A stretch of 64,000 nt of DNA from Octopus bimaculoides (lineage: Eukaryota), in assembly GCF_001194135.2 (NCBI RefSeq), contig NC_068997.1, positions 37,309,834 through 37,373,833 on the forward strand, given 5' to 3'. How positions within the stretch are numbered: the stretch's first letter is position 1; each line of letters begins with the position of its first letter. This document shows positions 49,540 to 63,249 of this stretch, in pieces. A model generated the notes under the pieces. The model was not told the origin of the DNA. It did not search any database and worked only from the letters and a program-made list of their open reading frames with translations. The position numbers were made by a program, and so were the translations under genes.

Positions 49540-50667
49540 ACGCACACACACACTCACACACACATTCATAGAGTATTGGTAGTGTAAAGACAAAATCTAC
49601 TGATGTATTTCATTTCTAGTTTTGACATTAAATTTTTCTGTTGCAAGTTTACTAATTTCTGGTACTTTACTTCACTATAACTGTGTAGATACATACTTGC
49701 ATGNNNNNNNNNNNNNNNNNNNNNNNNNNNNNNNNNNNNNNNNNNNNNNNNNNNNNNNNNNNNNNNNNNNNNNNNNNNNNNNNNNNNNNNNNNNNNNNNN
49801 NNNNNNNNNNNNNNNNNNNNNNNNNNNNNNNNNNNNNNNNNNNNNNNNNNNNNNNNNNNNNNNNNNNNNNNNNNNNNNNNNNNNNNNNNNNNNNNNNNNN
49901 NNNNNNNNNNNNNNNNNNNNNNNNNNNNNNNNNNNNNNNNNNNNNNNNNNNNNNNNNNNNNNNNNNNNNNNNNNNNNNNNNNNNNNNNNNNNNNNNNNNN
50001 NNNNNNNNNNNNNNNNNNNNNNNNNNNNNNNNNNNNNNNNNNNNNNNNNNNNNNNNNNNNNNNNNNNNNNNNNNNNNNNNNNNNNNNNNNNNNNNNNNNN
50101 NNNNNNNNNNNNNNNNNNNNNNNNNNNNNNNNNNNNNNNNNNNNNNNNNNNNNNNNNNNNNNNNNNNNNNNNNNNNNNNNNNNNNNNNNNNNNNNNNNNN
50201 NNNNNNNNNNNNNNNNNNNNNNNNNNNNNNNNNNNNNNNNNNNNNNNNNNNNNNNNNNNNNNNNNNNNNNNNNNNNNNNNNNNNNNNNNNNNNNNNNNNN
50301 NNNNNNNNNNNNNNNNNNNNNNNNNNNNNNNNTATATGGCCATTGCCAGTGTCATGTAAATGGCACCTATGATAGTGGTACATAAAAAGCTTCCATTATA
50401 CTATGGTGCAGCCTCTGGCTTACCAATTCCAGTCAAGCCATCTAACTCATGCCAGCATAGAAAGCGGCTGTTAAATGATGATGATGATGATATAAAGATC
50501 CTGGAAGGGTAGAAAGATGGAGTATTTCCAATGCAGCACTCAACCCAAGCTTGAGACTATCTATACTCTTGGATTGAAGTTTGAAGTAAGATCACAATTC
50601 TTCTAGTGTAGAAAGTCCAGATGTTACATTGGTGAAGCCAATGTGTGGGTCAAGCAAAGAGTCAAAT

Positions 50668-50958
50668 ATAATCCAAATAAGACAAAAAGAGTTTAGCACA
50701 TCTTTAATGACCAATTACAATTGTTTCTGTATCGCTGTGTTTTTAACACCAATTCATGCAAATGTTCCATCTGAAAAGTTATGTAATATTTGCAGTTTTA
50801 AACACTAGAGTAGTACTTCAGAATTACATCAAAAGGTGTGCTCTTACAATATATCTTTTCACATAGAACTTTTGCATTAATTGGCAGTGATACAGAAATA
50901 GTGGTAACTGGTCATTAAAGATGTACTAAACTCCTTCCTTGTCTTCTTATCTGGATTA
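50668..50958. repeat. Inverted repeat pair (~70-bp arms, ~150-bp spacer)
   Basis: 50668-50736 is the reverse complement of 50885-50958 (GGTCATTAAAGATGT(A/G)CTAAACTC...GGATTA). Confidence 0.75.
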
Positions 50959-51059
50959 CATATATATATTGTGTGTATGCGTATGTGTGTGTGTGCATGC
51001 ATGTGTGTGTATGTGTGTGGGTGGGTGTGTGCCTCTATGTATATGTAAGGGTATATAGA

Positions 51060-52345
51060 GATTGCTCCATCTTCACAGAAGATGATTGCTGTCTCACTGA
51101 GCCTCCTTGTTATCAATGACACTTCTGACCTTCCAGCCATGACCTCTCAGATGATAATTCAGTCTCACTGCAGATCTGCAGACTTGGTCACCTAGGTAGC
51201 AGGAGCTATCAACTACTTCTAGTTTCTCCTCCTGGCATGTGGTGGAATCAGTTTTCTGAGCATCTGCAGTGTTTACTGACCCTGTGCATCTACCACGCAC
51301 AAAATCTGTCTTCCCAGTTGACTTTCCTTTGATGTTGCTGCACTTCTTATGCATCCATAGCTTACACTGGGTACATCTTATGGAGTTTCTACCTATACCT
51401 TTTCTACAGATTGAGCAGGGCCATCTACCTGAANNNNNNNNNNTGCATCCATAGCTTACACTGGGTACATCTTATGGAGTTTCTACCTATACCTTTTCTA
51501 CAGATTGAGCAGGGCCATCTACCTGAAGGGGTTTGTGATGTGTTTGCCTTCCTACTTACTAGGACTTTGGTTTTTGCTACATTGACTCTAAGGCCCTTCA
51601 ATTCTAAACCTTGCTTCCACACCTGAAATTTTTTCTAGTTCTGGTAGTGATTCTGCTATGAGAGCAAGGTCATCAGCATAGAGGAGCTCCCAGGGACAAC
51701 CTGTCTTGAATTCCTCTGTTATTGCCTGGAGGACTATGATGAATAAGAGGGGGTTGAGGACTGATCCTTGGTGAACCCCTATTTCTACCCGGAATTCTTC
51801 ACTATACTCAGTGCCAATCCTTACCTTACTAATGGCATCCCTGTACAGGGCCTGTACAGCTCTTATTAACCACTTGTCAATCCCCCAGTTTCCACATCGC
51901 CCAACAGATAAGGGATCGGGGGACCCTGTCAAAGGCTTTCTCCAAGTCCACAAAAACCAAGTATAGGGGTTTATCTTTGGCTAGGTATTTCTCCTGCAGT
52001 TGCCGTACCAGGAATATAGCATCAGTGGTGCTTCTGCCTGGCACAAAACTGAACTGCATCTCATCTATGCTGACTCTCTTCCTAATTAGTTGGGCTGTGA
52101 CCCTCTTTGTGACCTTCATCACCTGATCCAGCAGTTTGATACTCCTATAGTTATTTCTATCTAAAGCATCACCTTTACCTTTGTAGCAATTGACTATGGT
52201 GCTGCTACACCAGTCACTGGGTATGACTCCTTCACAAACTACCTGGTTTATAGTACAGGTGACTAAGCCATAACCCACACCACTAGATATTTCAAGCATC
52301 TCAGCAGTGATTCCTGATGGGCTGGGAGTTTTTCCTGACTTTATA
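51060..52345 (-). mobile_element. RTE-X LINE fragment (RT)
   Basis: KGKGDALDRNNYRSIKLL, FVDLEKAFDRVPR, GVHQGSVLNPLLF, LLYADDLAL. Confidence 0.9.
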
Positions 52346-52529
52346 TCCTTAATATGTAAATATATTTTCATTCAAAGAGATGTTTAGTTTAGTTGTAGTA
52401 AATCATCAGCTTTGAGCAAAGAACTATATACTATTATATGTATAGACTATTTTGTATACCTTAATACATACACAACATTTAATGTTTTCCATTTCTTAAT
52501 AGAATAGGAATAGGTTAATAACCAAGATT

Positions 52530-54250
52530 AAAGATGCTGTATAGTCCCCAGGCCGGCTGTCAAGTATTTTTCTCGAGTTTGTCCGCAGAAGGGTAATCCA
52601 TTTCAGTTGTTTCTTCTCGTTAAGATCTCTACGATTTCCATTTGTTGGTGACTGCTGACAACAACTCTGTATAGCAGACTCTTAAATGTCCCCATGTTGG
52701 GGAATTGATTCTCTCCTGACTGTTCTTCTGCTATTTTGTCCATTGCAGATAACATCTGGTCAGTTGATTTTCAATTCATGCAGTTAATTGTTTTCACATG
52801 AAATTGTTTTTTTTAATGTAGATGGTATAGTTCTGTTTGAATTTTGTTGTTAATGTTCTTTCAATTGTTTGTATTTTTCATTCATTATTATTGCTTGTTT
52901 GTAATTGGTTAATACTCACTTGTGTAATGGCAGTACACTTATCTCAGTTTTACATTTATTGCATTAGTCATGGTCCATATTTTTTATGATCTTCAACTGA
53001 TCTAGATCTACTCTTACCTGCTCTTGCGATTCTGATAATCTGTGGGAATAACTGTAAATCTTTTCTCAACAGAGGTTGCCTGTTGTGGCAGTTGTTTGAC
53101 ACTGAAGTTTAAGTAGATTTTTCTTTTTATGCTACAAACACTACCATGATGCAGTTGTTTTAGTAGTTGGAATAATTCTTCATCTTTTTCAATGAAATCT
53201 ATTAAAGAATCTTCCCTAGCATTTTTAAGAACTGATACAAGTCTTGCTTCAATTCAAAGGTCCCCTGGAATTCCTCTCAATAGTTTGCAACCTGCAATAT
53301 CTGACTTCAGTCTCCTATCCAACCATGGCATATATATAAGTAATCCTACATCTTGAGTTTCAATTCATTTTCAATACTCAATTATTGCTATGACCTCCCC
53401 TAAAAAGGTATCCCTTCACATTTATCCAAAGAAGATAAACCAGTTTTATTAGCCAGACTTGTATTAATGGCAAAAATTCTAAGGGATAACATTCATTACA
53501 GAAATATGGATTGTCCCCTTATGTCAATGACACTGACTTTGATGCCATTTTGTATGTTCTCTTCTGTTTTTAATTATTTGAAGTCTTTCTATAAGGGTGG
53601 AGCTGGTTTCTACAAAAGATACGAAACTCCTTTGTTGGAATGTAAATAACAAAAACATTGTCATATACTGAACTTGAGAAAAGTCTTGTATATTTATACT
53701 GTTTTACTTACAGATAATATTTGTAATGCATGTGCTAAGTGATGTGTTTCTTTCTGAAAACCCTAGCTTTTCCAAATTGTCATTTAGACATTTACTCACA
53801 AAACCAAGTGCACCCCTCAATATTGATATAAATGTGAGTTTATAATCTAGATATAAAAGCTGAAGGTTTCAATGCAGTTGTTCATAGTTATCCTTTTACT
53901 CTTTGAGTTTTGAAGAGATATTCATGTCAGCAGGGTGTCTGATTTCCATGACAGTACATATGTTTTCTTGTCTGACCCAAACAGTAATATCTAGTCTATT
54001 ATGTTTGCACTAAGTAGGAGATTTGATGAGAATATCCCACCAATATTCCTTGTGTTAATGTATGTAATAAATACCAGGAGGGATAGGGTTGTTGTATTTA
54101 TCCCAGGACAGTTGCATTTTGGATGGCATTGTAAATTGTTCTAGAGACAGTGTCATTTTGTGCCTTGATGGCATTTTTAGACAGATGCTGAGTGTTGTAA
54201 TTGTAACTGTGTTTGTTATTTGGACCTAAAGTACTAGAGTAATAAATACA
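52530..54250 (-). mobile_element. R4/Dong-like RLE non-LTR retrotransposon relics
   Basis: 54100-53540: KEYWWDILIK...KHNRLDITVW...MEIRHPADMNI...GALGFVSKCL (PD-(D/E)xK endonuclease region); 53200-52530 resembles an N-terminal region. Confidence 0.6.
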
Positions 54251-54439
54251 ACCCACTAGATTCCAGTAAAGAAGGAAAAGAACTTGTAACTCATTTTACT
54301 TGTATAAGAATTATATCAACAATTTGCAAGTGTGCAAAACAGTCCATTAGGGAATAAACCCAAGCTAGAAATGCACACAATGAAGAGAAACTGACTTTTC
54401 AGGAACATGGCTTGCATATCTAGCACATACAAAAACTAC

Positions 54440-54985
54440 TTTCTCTGTTAATTTTCCAGTGATACCACTGCACCTCTTATGTATTCATAGCTTGCACTGG
54501 GTACACTGTATGGAATTCCTACAGCTTTTCTACTTATTGAGCTGAGCCATCTCCCTGGGGGGATTGATGATTTGTCTGCGTTCCCACTTACATGGCCTTT
54601 GGTCTTTGCTAAATCAACTTGAAGGTCTGTTGATTCCAGACCTTGCTTCCATACCTGAAATTTCTTCTCTAATTTTAGTGGAGATTCAGCAATAAGAACA
54701 AGGTCATCAGCATAGAGAAGCTCCCAAGGGAAGCCCATCTTAAATTCTTCTGTTATGGCCTGGAGGACTATAATAAACAAGTGGGAGCTGAAAACTAATC
54801 CTTGGCGAACTCCTACTTGTACATTAAATTCATTGCTACACTCATTGCCAACCTTCACCTTACTGACAGCATCCTTGTACATGGCTTGTACAGCTCTCAC
54901 CAACTATTCATTATCCCAAGCAGCTGCATTGACCACCAGATAAGTAACTGGGGACCTTGTCAAAGGCTTTCTCCAGATCAAGAAA
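54440..54985 (-). mobile_element. RTE-X LINE fragment (RT)
   Basis: VGVRQGLVFSSHLFIIVLQAITEEFKMGFPWELLYADDL. Confidence 0.85.
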
Positions 54986-55125
54986 AGCCAAGTACAGTGG
55001 AAATTTTACCGGTGAGTGTGTTAAATTATAAGGCACTTAAAGAGAATGGCTCTCCCCAGACACAACAGAATATGCTTCAACACACGAACTCACATAAAGA
55101 ATCTTGCAAACCAAATCCCAAAACG

Positions 55126-55173
<48 letters not shown>

Positions 55174-55309
55174 TCATCATCATCATCATCATCATCAGCG
55201 TTTAACATCTGTTTTCCATGCTGGCATGGGTTGGACAGGTTTGACTGAAGATGCAAGCCAGAAGGCTGCACCAGGTTCCAATCTGATCTGGCAAATTATT
55301 TACAGTGCA

Positions 55310-57645
55310 ATCGTCTCTCTTGCACACCACAACTGATGCTTCTTAGGTTCAACTTTTCTCACAATGTACTTACACTCTGTTGAGTATGCACACTGACATT
55401 ACACATCCAGCGGAGCATACTGGCTTCATTCCTTGCAAGCTTACACATATCCTCAGCAGATATGGCCCAAGTTTCACTGCCATGTAGCATGGCTGTTCAT
55501 ACACATGCATCATACATTCTACTTTTTATATTCTGAGCAAGAGGCCCATTGTCACCAGCCTCTGAACTTTGCCCAGGCTATTTTTATTCTAACAGCTACA
55601 CTCTCAGAGCACCCACCCCCACTACTGACTTGGTCACCTAGGTAATGAAAGCTATCAACTACTTGTAGTTTTTCTCCCTGGAATGTGACAGAAGCTGTTT
55701 TCTTCACATTTTCAGTGTTTATAGCACCTGAGCATTTGCCACATACAAGAGTTATCTTCCAGGTTAGCCTTCTTTGATATTGTTACACCTCTTATGTGTC
55801 CATAGCTTACACTGGGTACATCTTATGGAGTGTTTACCTACGCCTTTTCTACAGATCGAGCAGGGCCATCTACCTGAAGGGGTTTGTGGTTTATCTGCCT
55901 TCCTACATATTAAGACTTTGGTTTTTGCTAGGTTGACTCTAAGTACCTTCGATTCTAATCCCTGCTTCTACACCTGAAACTTTTCCTCTAGTTCTGACAG
56001 TGACTCAGCAATTAGAGCAAGGTCATCAGCATAGAGGAGCTCCCAAGGGCATCCTGTCTTGAATTCCTCTGTTATTGCCTGGAGGATCTTGATGAATAAG
56101 AGGGGGCTGAGAACTGATCCTTGGTGGACCACTACCCCTACCCGGAATTCTTCACTGTACTCGTTGTCAACCATCCCTTTACAAGGCTTGCATAGCTCTC
56201 ACTAACCATTCATCTATCCCTAGTTTCCTCATTGAACACCAGATAAAGGATCGGGGGACCCTGTCAAAGGCTTTCTCCATGTCAATGAAAGCCAGGTACA
56301 GAGGTTTATCTTTGGCTAGGTATTTCTCCTGCAGCTGTCTTACCAGAAATATAGTATCAGTGGTGCTTTCCCCTGGAACGAACCCAAACTGCATCTCATC
56401 TAGACTGACTCTCTCCCTAATTAGTTGGGTTATGGCTCTCTCCGTGACCTTCATTACCTGATCCAACAACTTGATACCTCAGTAATTATTTGTATTTAAA
56501 ACATCACCTTTACCTTTGTAGCAGTTGACAATGGTGCTGCTACACCAGTCATTGGGTATAACTCCTTCATGTATCACCTGGTTATCTATTCGAGTAACTA
56601 GGATAAAGCAGACACTGCCAGATATTTTGAGCATCTCTGCGGTGATTCCTGATGGGCTTTCCCTGTCTTCATACCCTTAATTGCTTTATCTATGAAAGTA
56701 CTGTCAATTCAGTTAGCTGGTCCCTCTGTTGGATCGGCATTCGGCAGACTCTCTTTCTCCCATTCATTCACTTTATTGAGCAATCTTTCTTAGTGGCGTC
56801 TCCGAACCTCATTCTTTGCAGCCTCATTTAGTGCAAGCGTACCATCATCCATGCAGACACATTTCTCTCCTACAACATCACGATTCTCTCTCGCATACAA
56901 CGTCTTGCAACATGAAATACCTCAAGCCTTTGGTCCTCATGGCACAGAACATTGGAAAATGTTTTCTTATCTGCTTCCCCTCTGGCTAAATAAACCTGTC
57001 TCCTAGCTTCCCTTCTGGCAGTCTGATACAAATCCCTGCTACCACCATTTTTCTGGTCCTTCCAAGCCTGTTTCTTTTCCCTAATGGCTCTGTCAACAAC
57101 ATTATTCCTCCACCACGTTACCTTGGGTTGAGAGGGGACTTTGCACGATCCACATATCTGGTCAGTAGCCCTCAGCAGGTTGTCCCATAGAAACCACCAG
57201 TTGTCTTCCACATCGTGTGATGCTATATCCCATCTATTTCATCAAAAACTTTGAGTAATATGTCTCTAAATCTCTGTCCATTCATAGGATCTTTAAGCTT
57301 CCAGATCCTTCACCTCCATGCTGGTCATCTTCTGGGCATCCATTTAGCCCTGATCCTGAAGTGGCTAACTGCTAGTCTATGTTGTGGGGTACATTCTGGG
57401 AGGGTTTTGGCATTTGTAAGTAGCCATCTTTCCCTTTTTCTGGCGAGGATGTAGTCAATTTGGCTAGTGCGTCTACCAGATCAGTAGGTGACTAGGTGAC
57501 TGGGAAGTTTCCTGAGGTTAGTATTGCAAACCATAAGTTCATTTGCATCACAGAACTCCAGCAGCCTGGTTCCCTCCTCATTGCGGGAACCAAAACCATA
57601 GTCTCCATGTACACCATCGAAGCCCCTGCACATTGTCCAATATGT
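55310..57645 (-). mobile_element. RTE-X LINE, endonuclease C-terminus through RT, decayed
   Basis: GFGSRNEEGTRLLEFCDANELMVCNT...QIDYILARK; FIDMEKAFDRVPRS; HQGSVLSPLLF; LLYADDLAL. Confidence 0.9.
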
Positions 57646-57651
57646 CCATAG

Positions 57652-57992
57652 GCACAGGTGTGGCTATGTGATAAGAAGTTTGCTTCCCAATTACATGGTT
57701 CTGAGTTCAGTCCTACTGCATGGCACCTTGTGCAAGTGTCTTCTATTTTAGCCTCAGGCAGATCAAAGCCTTGTGAGTGGATTTGATAGACAGAAACTGA
57801 AAGAAGCCTGTCGTATATCTATGTGTGTGTGTGTCTTTGTGTCTGTGTTTGTCCACGTAACATAGTGGTTTGGTAAAAGAGAGTAAGTACCAGGCTTAAA
57901 AAATAAGTCCTGGAATCGGTCTGTTCTGCTAAAAGGTGGTGCTCCAGCATGGTCGCAGTCACGTGACTGAAACAAGTAAACGAATAAAAGAA
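57652..57992 (+). mobile_element. Full-length SINE family A
   Basis: Head TGGCTATGTGATAAG...GAGTTCAGTCC, tail GACTGAAACAAGTAAA. Confidence 0.75.
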
Positions 57993-58005
57993 TATATGCA
58001 CATAC

Positions 58006-58039
<34 letters not shown>

Positions 58040-58539
58040 ATCACTGTTGCTGGGTAAAAAACTGGAGAAAGTACTTCATTATAGAGTGCAGTGTTTTATT
58101 TGAGCTGTACCAGTGTCCTGTTACTCTGGTGTCCCTACATTATGCAGTGGCATCTTTAGAGAAATCAGACAAGCTTAACCTGACTTGCCTGAAAAAATAG
58201 CTGCATGCTGTGTAAACTCCAGAGTAAATGGCAATTAGACCATCTTGATTTATCTTTTATCTTTTTAACTTTTTTGTTTCAGTCATTAGACTGCGGCCAC
58301 GCTGGGTCAAACCTTGAAGAATTTTAGTCAAATGAATCCACCCTGTACCTATTTTTTAAAGCCTGTTACTTATTCTATCAGTCTATCTTGTCAAACTTCT
58401 AAGTTACAGGGATGTTAACACACTGACACCAGTTGTTAAGTGGTGGTTGGGCACACACACACACAAATATATATATGTTTTGATTACATGTGTAAGGCTC
58501 CCACTAGCCATGGTAGCCCAGCTAGGTGTATGTGGGGCA

Positions 58540-59300
58540 GGTAATGTTTAGGGCACCTTTTCTAGTGCTTCCCTCATGCCGTGAGGTGAGTAGTTTGTAG
58601 ATTGACCTTCTCTTTTTTGAACAGGGGAACAACATTGGCAATTCTTCACTGCTCTGGAGTGACACAGATATTAAGGCAGAACTGAAAGAAGAATGAAAGC
58701 TGGTGCAAAAGAAAAAAACTGCCACATTTGAGAAGCAGATAAGTAACACCATCAAAACCAGGAGAGGTATAGTTGTGCTTATTCTTGAGGGGACATCGCA
58801 GCATTGCTGGTGTGAATTTCCCAGATGTTATGGAATTTGATGTCAGAGTTGATGAAGAAGGTACATTTGAATTTTCAGCACTAAAAATGCCAGCATAGCA
58901 TTTAGCAATAAACTCCGCACATTCTTTAGGATCATCAGTGATCCGATCTGTGTGGGGATTGTAAAGAGGGTCAACTGGAGAGTGAGGTCTCTGCTTTGAA
59001 TGTACATATTTCCAGAACACGTCACTGTTAGGGCTTGTTGCTGTATGTTCAAACTCAAACACTGCCTTTTTTGTCACTTGCTTGAGATGGTTGGATGATC
59101 TATTGTAGCTTCTTCTATTCTCATCTGTTCCATGTTGTCTATATTTTTGTTTAGCATCATGATGATCTTTACTGGCAAGTCAGTAGTTTTCAGAATAGAA
59201 CCAACATCTGATTTTTCAAGAGAATAATTCTGCTGTGTTGTAAAGGTACCGTCTCTGATCAACAGCACAAAGATTATAGTTGATAATAACAATGAACAAA
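58540..59300 (-). mobile_element. CR1-like LINE tether / RT N-terminal fragment
   Basis: DVFWKYVHSK...ITDDPKECAE...SPGFDGV...IANVVPLFKK. Confidence 0.75.
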
Positions 59301-60013
59301 TTTGTGCAGTTATTTCCTGGTTCAGAATAATGATGTATCATTCACTCTTCATATTACTTTGTTCTTGCAATAGCCAAATAATATTGTAGTTTCTATTTGT
59401 TTCACTTTGGGAACAGAAGTAATTAATTAACTAGAAGCTAAACAAGTAGAAAAGAGAAACAGCTTTATTTTGCAGCTGCTAATCTGAATAAAAGTTTTGA
59501 TGTGATTTCACTATATGTAGACAATAAATCATAAAAGGGAGCCAAACTCTGCTAGGATTGGCAGTGAACTCAGGAGAAATTTTGAATACAATTCATTGAT
59601 TACCAGTGCACTACTTTTGGATGTTTTCTTTTCATTGTAAACTTAAGATTTTAGTATCACTCAGAAATTCAGGACTCATGAGAGTAGTAAACCTTATGTT
59701 CTCTAATTGGAAAGAAGTGACACATGAAGTATGTTGAAGAGATGTCTATAGTGCTGTAAATGAAGTATGAGTGCATTATATTCAATTGATAAAAATGTAT
59801 CTGAAATGAAAGAAAAATGCTAAAAGTAACAAAAAAATCTGATAATGCATAGCGGTTAGATCTGAGAATGCTAATTTCACAGAAAAATGGTGCTATGAGA
59901 TTAAGGGTAGATTCAGAAGAAACCAAAACTTTAAATCTACAATATGCATAACAATCAAGTATCAGGAAATTGACATCAAGGAGATCAGGTAGCTTGCTGA
60001 ATGTTTTGATGCC

Positions 60014-60068
<55 letters not shown>

Positions 60069-60661
60069 CTGGTACTTAGGTTATATAATTGGTACTATAA
60101 TGAGTTATATAAGATAATAAGAAGAAAAAGTTTGGGGATGTTGCCTCTGCAAATTACAGCAAATTTCTTTGCCTATAAAAATAAAAGCTTGTGTGAAATA
60201 TAGATACGAAGTGCAATACTATATGATATATCTGCAACAGATGGAGAAGTGGGTGAAGATATGCTCGATGTTTTAAAGTAATTTACCAGAAAAGATGAGT
60301 ACAAAAGAGTTCAGAAGGCAACTTGACACATGAAGTATGTTCGAAAGACATCTATACTGCTATAAATAAAATCCAAGTGCATCATACATAGTAGGTAAAA
60401 TACGTAAAATACCAGAAGTAACAAAAATCTGGGGAGATGTTGGATTTAGATCTGAGAATGATAATTTCATAGAAAAAAAAAAAAAAGAATTGATTAAATC
60501 AATGAGGGCTACAGGTGTATTGCAATTCCATCTAGCATATGTTAACATGTAAAAGCAAGTACACGTTAACACAACAATCATATATATACATATATAACTT
60601 TTTTTTATTTATGTAATTATGCAATTCTGTCAGTCTGTGCATCTGGCTCTCNNNNNNNNNN

Positions 60662-60695
<34 letters not shown>

Positions 60696-60698
<3 letters not shown>

Positions 60699-61922
60699 GG
60701 GTTGGACAAAATAATGGAAACACCTAGCATCATAGCATCAAAATTTTGAAATATCTATAAAACCGTCAAAAGCTTGTTTATTTTTATGTTTTTTGATTTA
60801 TTATTAATAGTGTTGCTTAATATGCTTTGCTAAAATTGCTGTTTCTTCAGAAAAAGGTAATTAAAATTCATTAAAATGACATCTATCAGACTTTCAAAGA
60901 GGTCAAATTGTTGGTGCTAGCAAAATGTTTGGTGTATCAAGAAGTACTGTCTTGAAAGTAATGACAGCCTTTGAGAAAGAAGGAAAACCTCCTCATCGAA
61001 ACAAAACTCTGGAAGAAAACCAAAGCTTTCAGATAGGGACCGTCGGACTCTTATGCGAATTGTTAGAAAGGATCACAAAAGTACAGCTCCCAAAATTACT
61101 GCAGAGCTTAATGACCACCTCGAGAACCCAGTTTCCACAAAAACTGTTCACTGGGAGCTGCACAAAGCTGGATTTCATGGGAGAGCTGCAATCAGAAAAC
61201 CACTACTTTCAAAAGCAAACGTTGCAAAGCATTTAGATTGGAGTAAAAACCGACAGAATTGCTCCCTAGAGCAGTGGAAGAATGCTATTTTATTAGATGA
61301 GTCATCCTTTATCTTATTTCCAACCACCAGCTGAGTATACATGTGGAGACAGCCAAAAGAAGCATTTGACCCAGACTGCCTTCTTCCAACTGTTAAACAT
61401 GGAGGAGGATCTGTGATGATTTGGGGTGCCATATCTTGGAAATCTGCTGGTCTAGTGGTTTCCCTTCATGGCAGAATTAATAGTGAAGACTAAGCATTTT
61501 ATCTGATCAAATTCATCCTATGGTTGTAGAACTGTTTCTGGAGGGAAATGCAATGTTTCAGGATGATAATGCACCAATTCACACAGCTAAAGTTGTTACT
61601 GAATGGCACAAGGAACATTCTAGTGAAGTTGAACATCTTACCTGGCCACCACAGTCCCCAGATCTCAATATTATTGAACATTTATAGTGCATTTTAGAAA
61701 AACAAGTAAGGAGTCGATATCCTCCGCCATAATCACTACAAGAACTGGAGACTGCTTTAGCTGAAGAATGAACAAAAATTCTTTTGGAAATAATTCAAAG
61801 TTTGTGTAAGTCCATACCTCATAGAATTCAAGCAGTAATTACTGCCAAAGGCGTCCCTACCCCATGTCAAAATTAATTTGTTTGAAATCTTAAGGTGTTT
61901 CCATTATTTTGTCTAACCCCTG
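60696..61922 (+). mobile_element. Full-length (1227 bp) Tc1-like transposon with DD36E signature, transposase disrupted
   Basis: TA flanks; 30-bp TIR CAGGGGTT(G/A)GACAAAATAATGGAAACACCT; LLDESSF, TVKHGGGSVMIWG, FQDDNAPIH...WPPQSPDLNIIE (36 residues D to E). Confidence 0.9.
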
Positions 61923-62397
61923 TATATATCAATCTCCTTGCCTGTCTGTATTTGAAAGATCGACAGAAAACAAAAATATTTATTCCTATAGCTGTTTCAA
62001 TAGTAATAATTGTTATATGACATTGTTATTACATAGTTCATCAAAACCACATCTTCATGGACAATGTAATAGGGGACAATATAATAAGGATTATTGAAAC
62101 CACATGTGTAAATGAATGTTTTAAAATATCCCTGATATTGTTTCTTTTGCAAGTGTGTTTTCTTTGTACATGCATTATCGTTAATTTTGCAGTGCATGCA
62201 GCATAATACATAAATATATGTTGTACTTTTACATAGAATTTTCAGAGTTTAACAGGATGTACTCTATTGAGCTTCAAAATATCTGGTTATTTCTGGTACT
62301 TATTCAGCATATGCTAAGACAGTATCATATATATATATTTATACATGATTACTAATAAGCTTTAAGATTATAGAATATTATTATTATGTATATATGT

Positions 62398-62436
<39 letters not shown>

Positions 62437-62439
62437 CGC

Positions 62440-62838
62440 TTTTACTTGTTTCAGTCATTTGACTGCAGCCATACTGGAGCACTGCCTTTAGTCGAGCAAA
62501 TCGACCCTGAGACTTATTCTTTGTAAGCCTAGTACTTATTTTATCGGTCTCTTTTGTCGAACCACTAAGTTACGGGGACATAAACACACCAGCATCGGTT
62601 GTCAAGCAATGCTAGGAGGACAAACACAGACACACAAACACACACACACACACACACATATACATATACATATATACGATGGGCTTCTTTCAGTTTCCGT
62701 CTACCAAATCCACTCACAAGGCTTTGGTCGGCCCAAGACTATAGCAGAAGACACTTGCCCAAGATGCCACGCAGTGGGACTGAACCCAGAACCATGTGGT
62801 TGGTAAGCAAGCTACTTACCACACAGCCACTTCTGGGC
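62440..62838 (-). mobile_element. Full-length SINE family A
   Basis: Matches 29535-29938. Confidence 0.85.
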
Positions 62839-62849
62839 CTATATATGTG

Positions 62850-62900
<51 letters not shown>

Positions 62901-63014
62901 GTGTGTATACAGCTAACTTGGTTGCCTAGGTAACGGAAGCTATCTACTACTTCTAAGGATACCCCTGGACATTTGAAGAAGTTTATTTCTTGTACATTCC
63001 TAGTGTTTATTGTA

Positions 63015-63242
63015 TTGGGTTGTCCAGAAAGTCCGTGCCAATTTTTAAAGGAAAGAAAAAGGTCAATAAATACTTGCCATTACGTTTTTAATCAACCAAA
63101 TACGAACCATTTTGTTGCACAGTGTGTCTCCACCTTTCCTTTAACTTGAAAATACCCTCTTCCCAGAATTGAGGTGGTTTCATGGCAAATAAGTCGAAAC
63201 GTAAGCTACTATAAATCGGCATGAACTTTCTGGACAACCCAA
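63015..63242 (-). mobile_element. Mariner-derived MITE (228 bp)
   Basis: TA flanks; TIR TTGGGTTGTCCAGAAAGT; internal minus-strand WEEGIFKLKERWRHTVQQNGSYLVD* C-terminus. Confidence 0.85.
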
Positions 63243-63249
63243 TACTTGC

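Noticed and set aside
51351-51526. ~82-bp direct repeat inside RTE-X
   Set aside because: Straddles a 10-N gap; assembly overlap artefact.
59074-59292. 72-aa minus-strand ORF as a host exon
   Set aside because: An alternative frame continues the adjacent CR1 ORF2 (KYRQH...VFWKYV).
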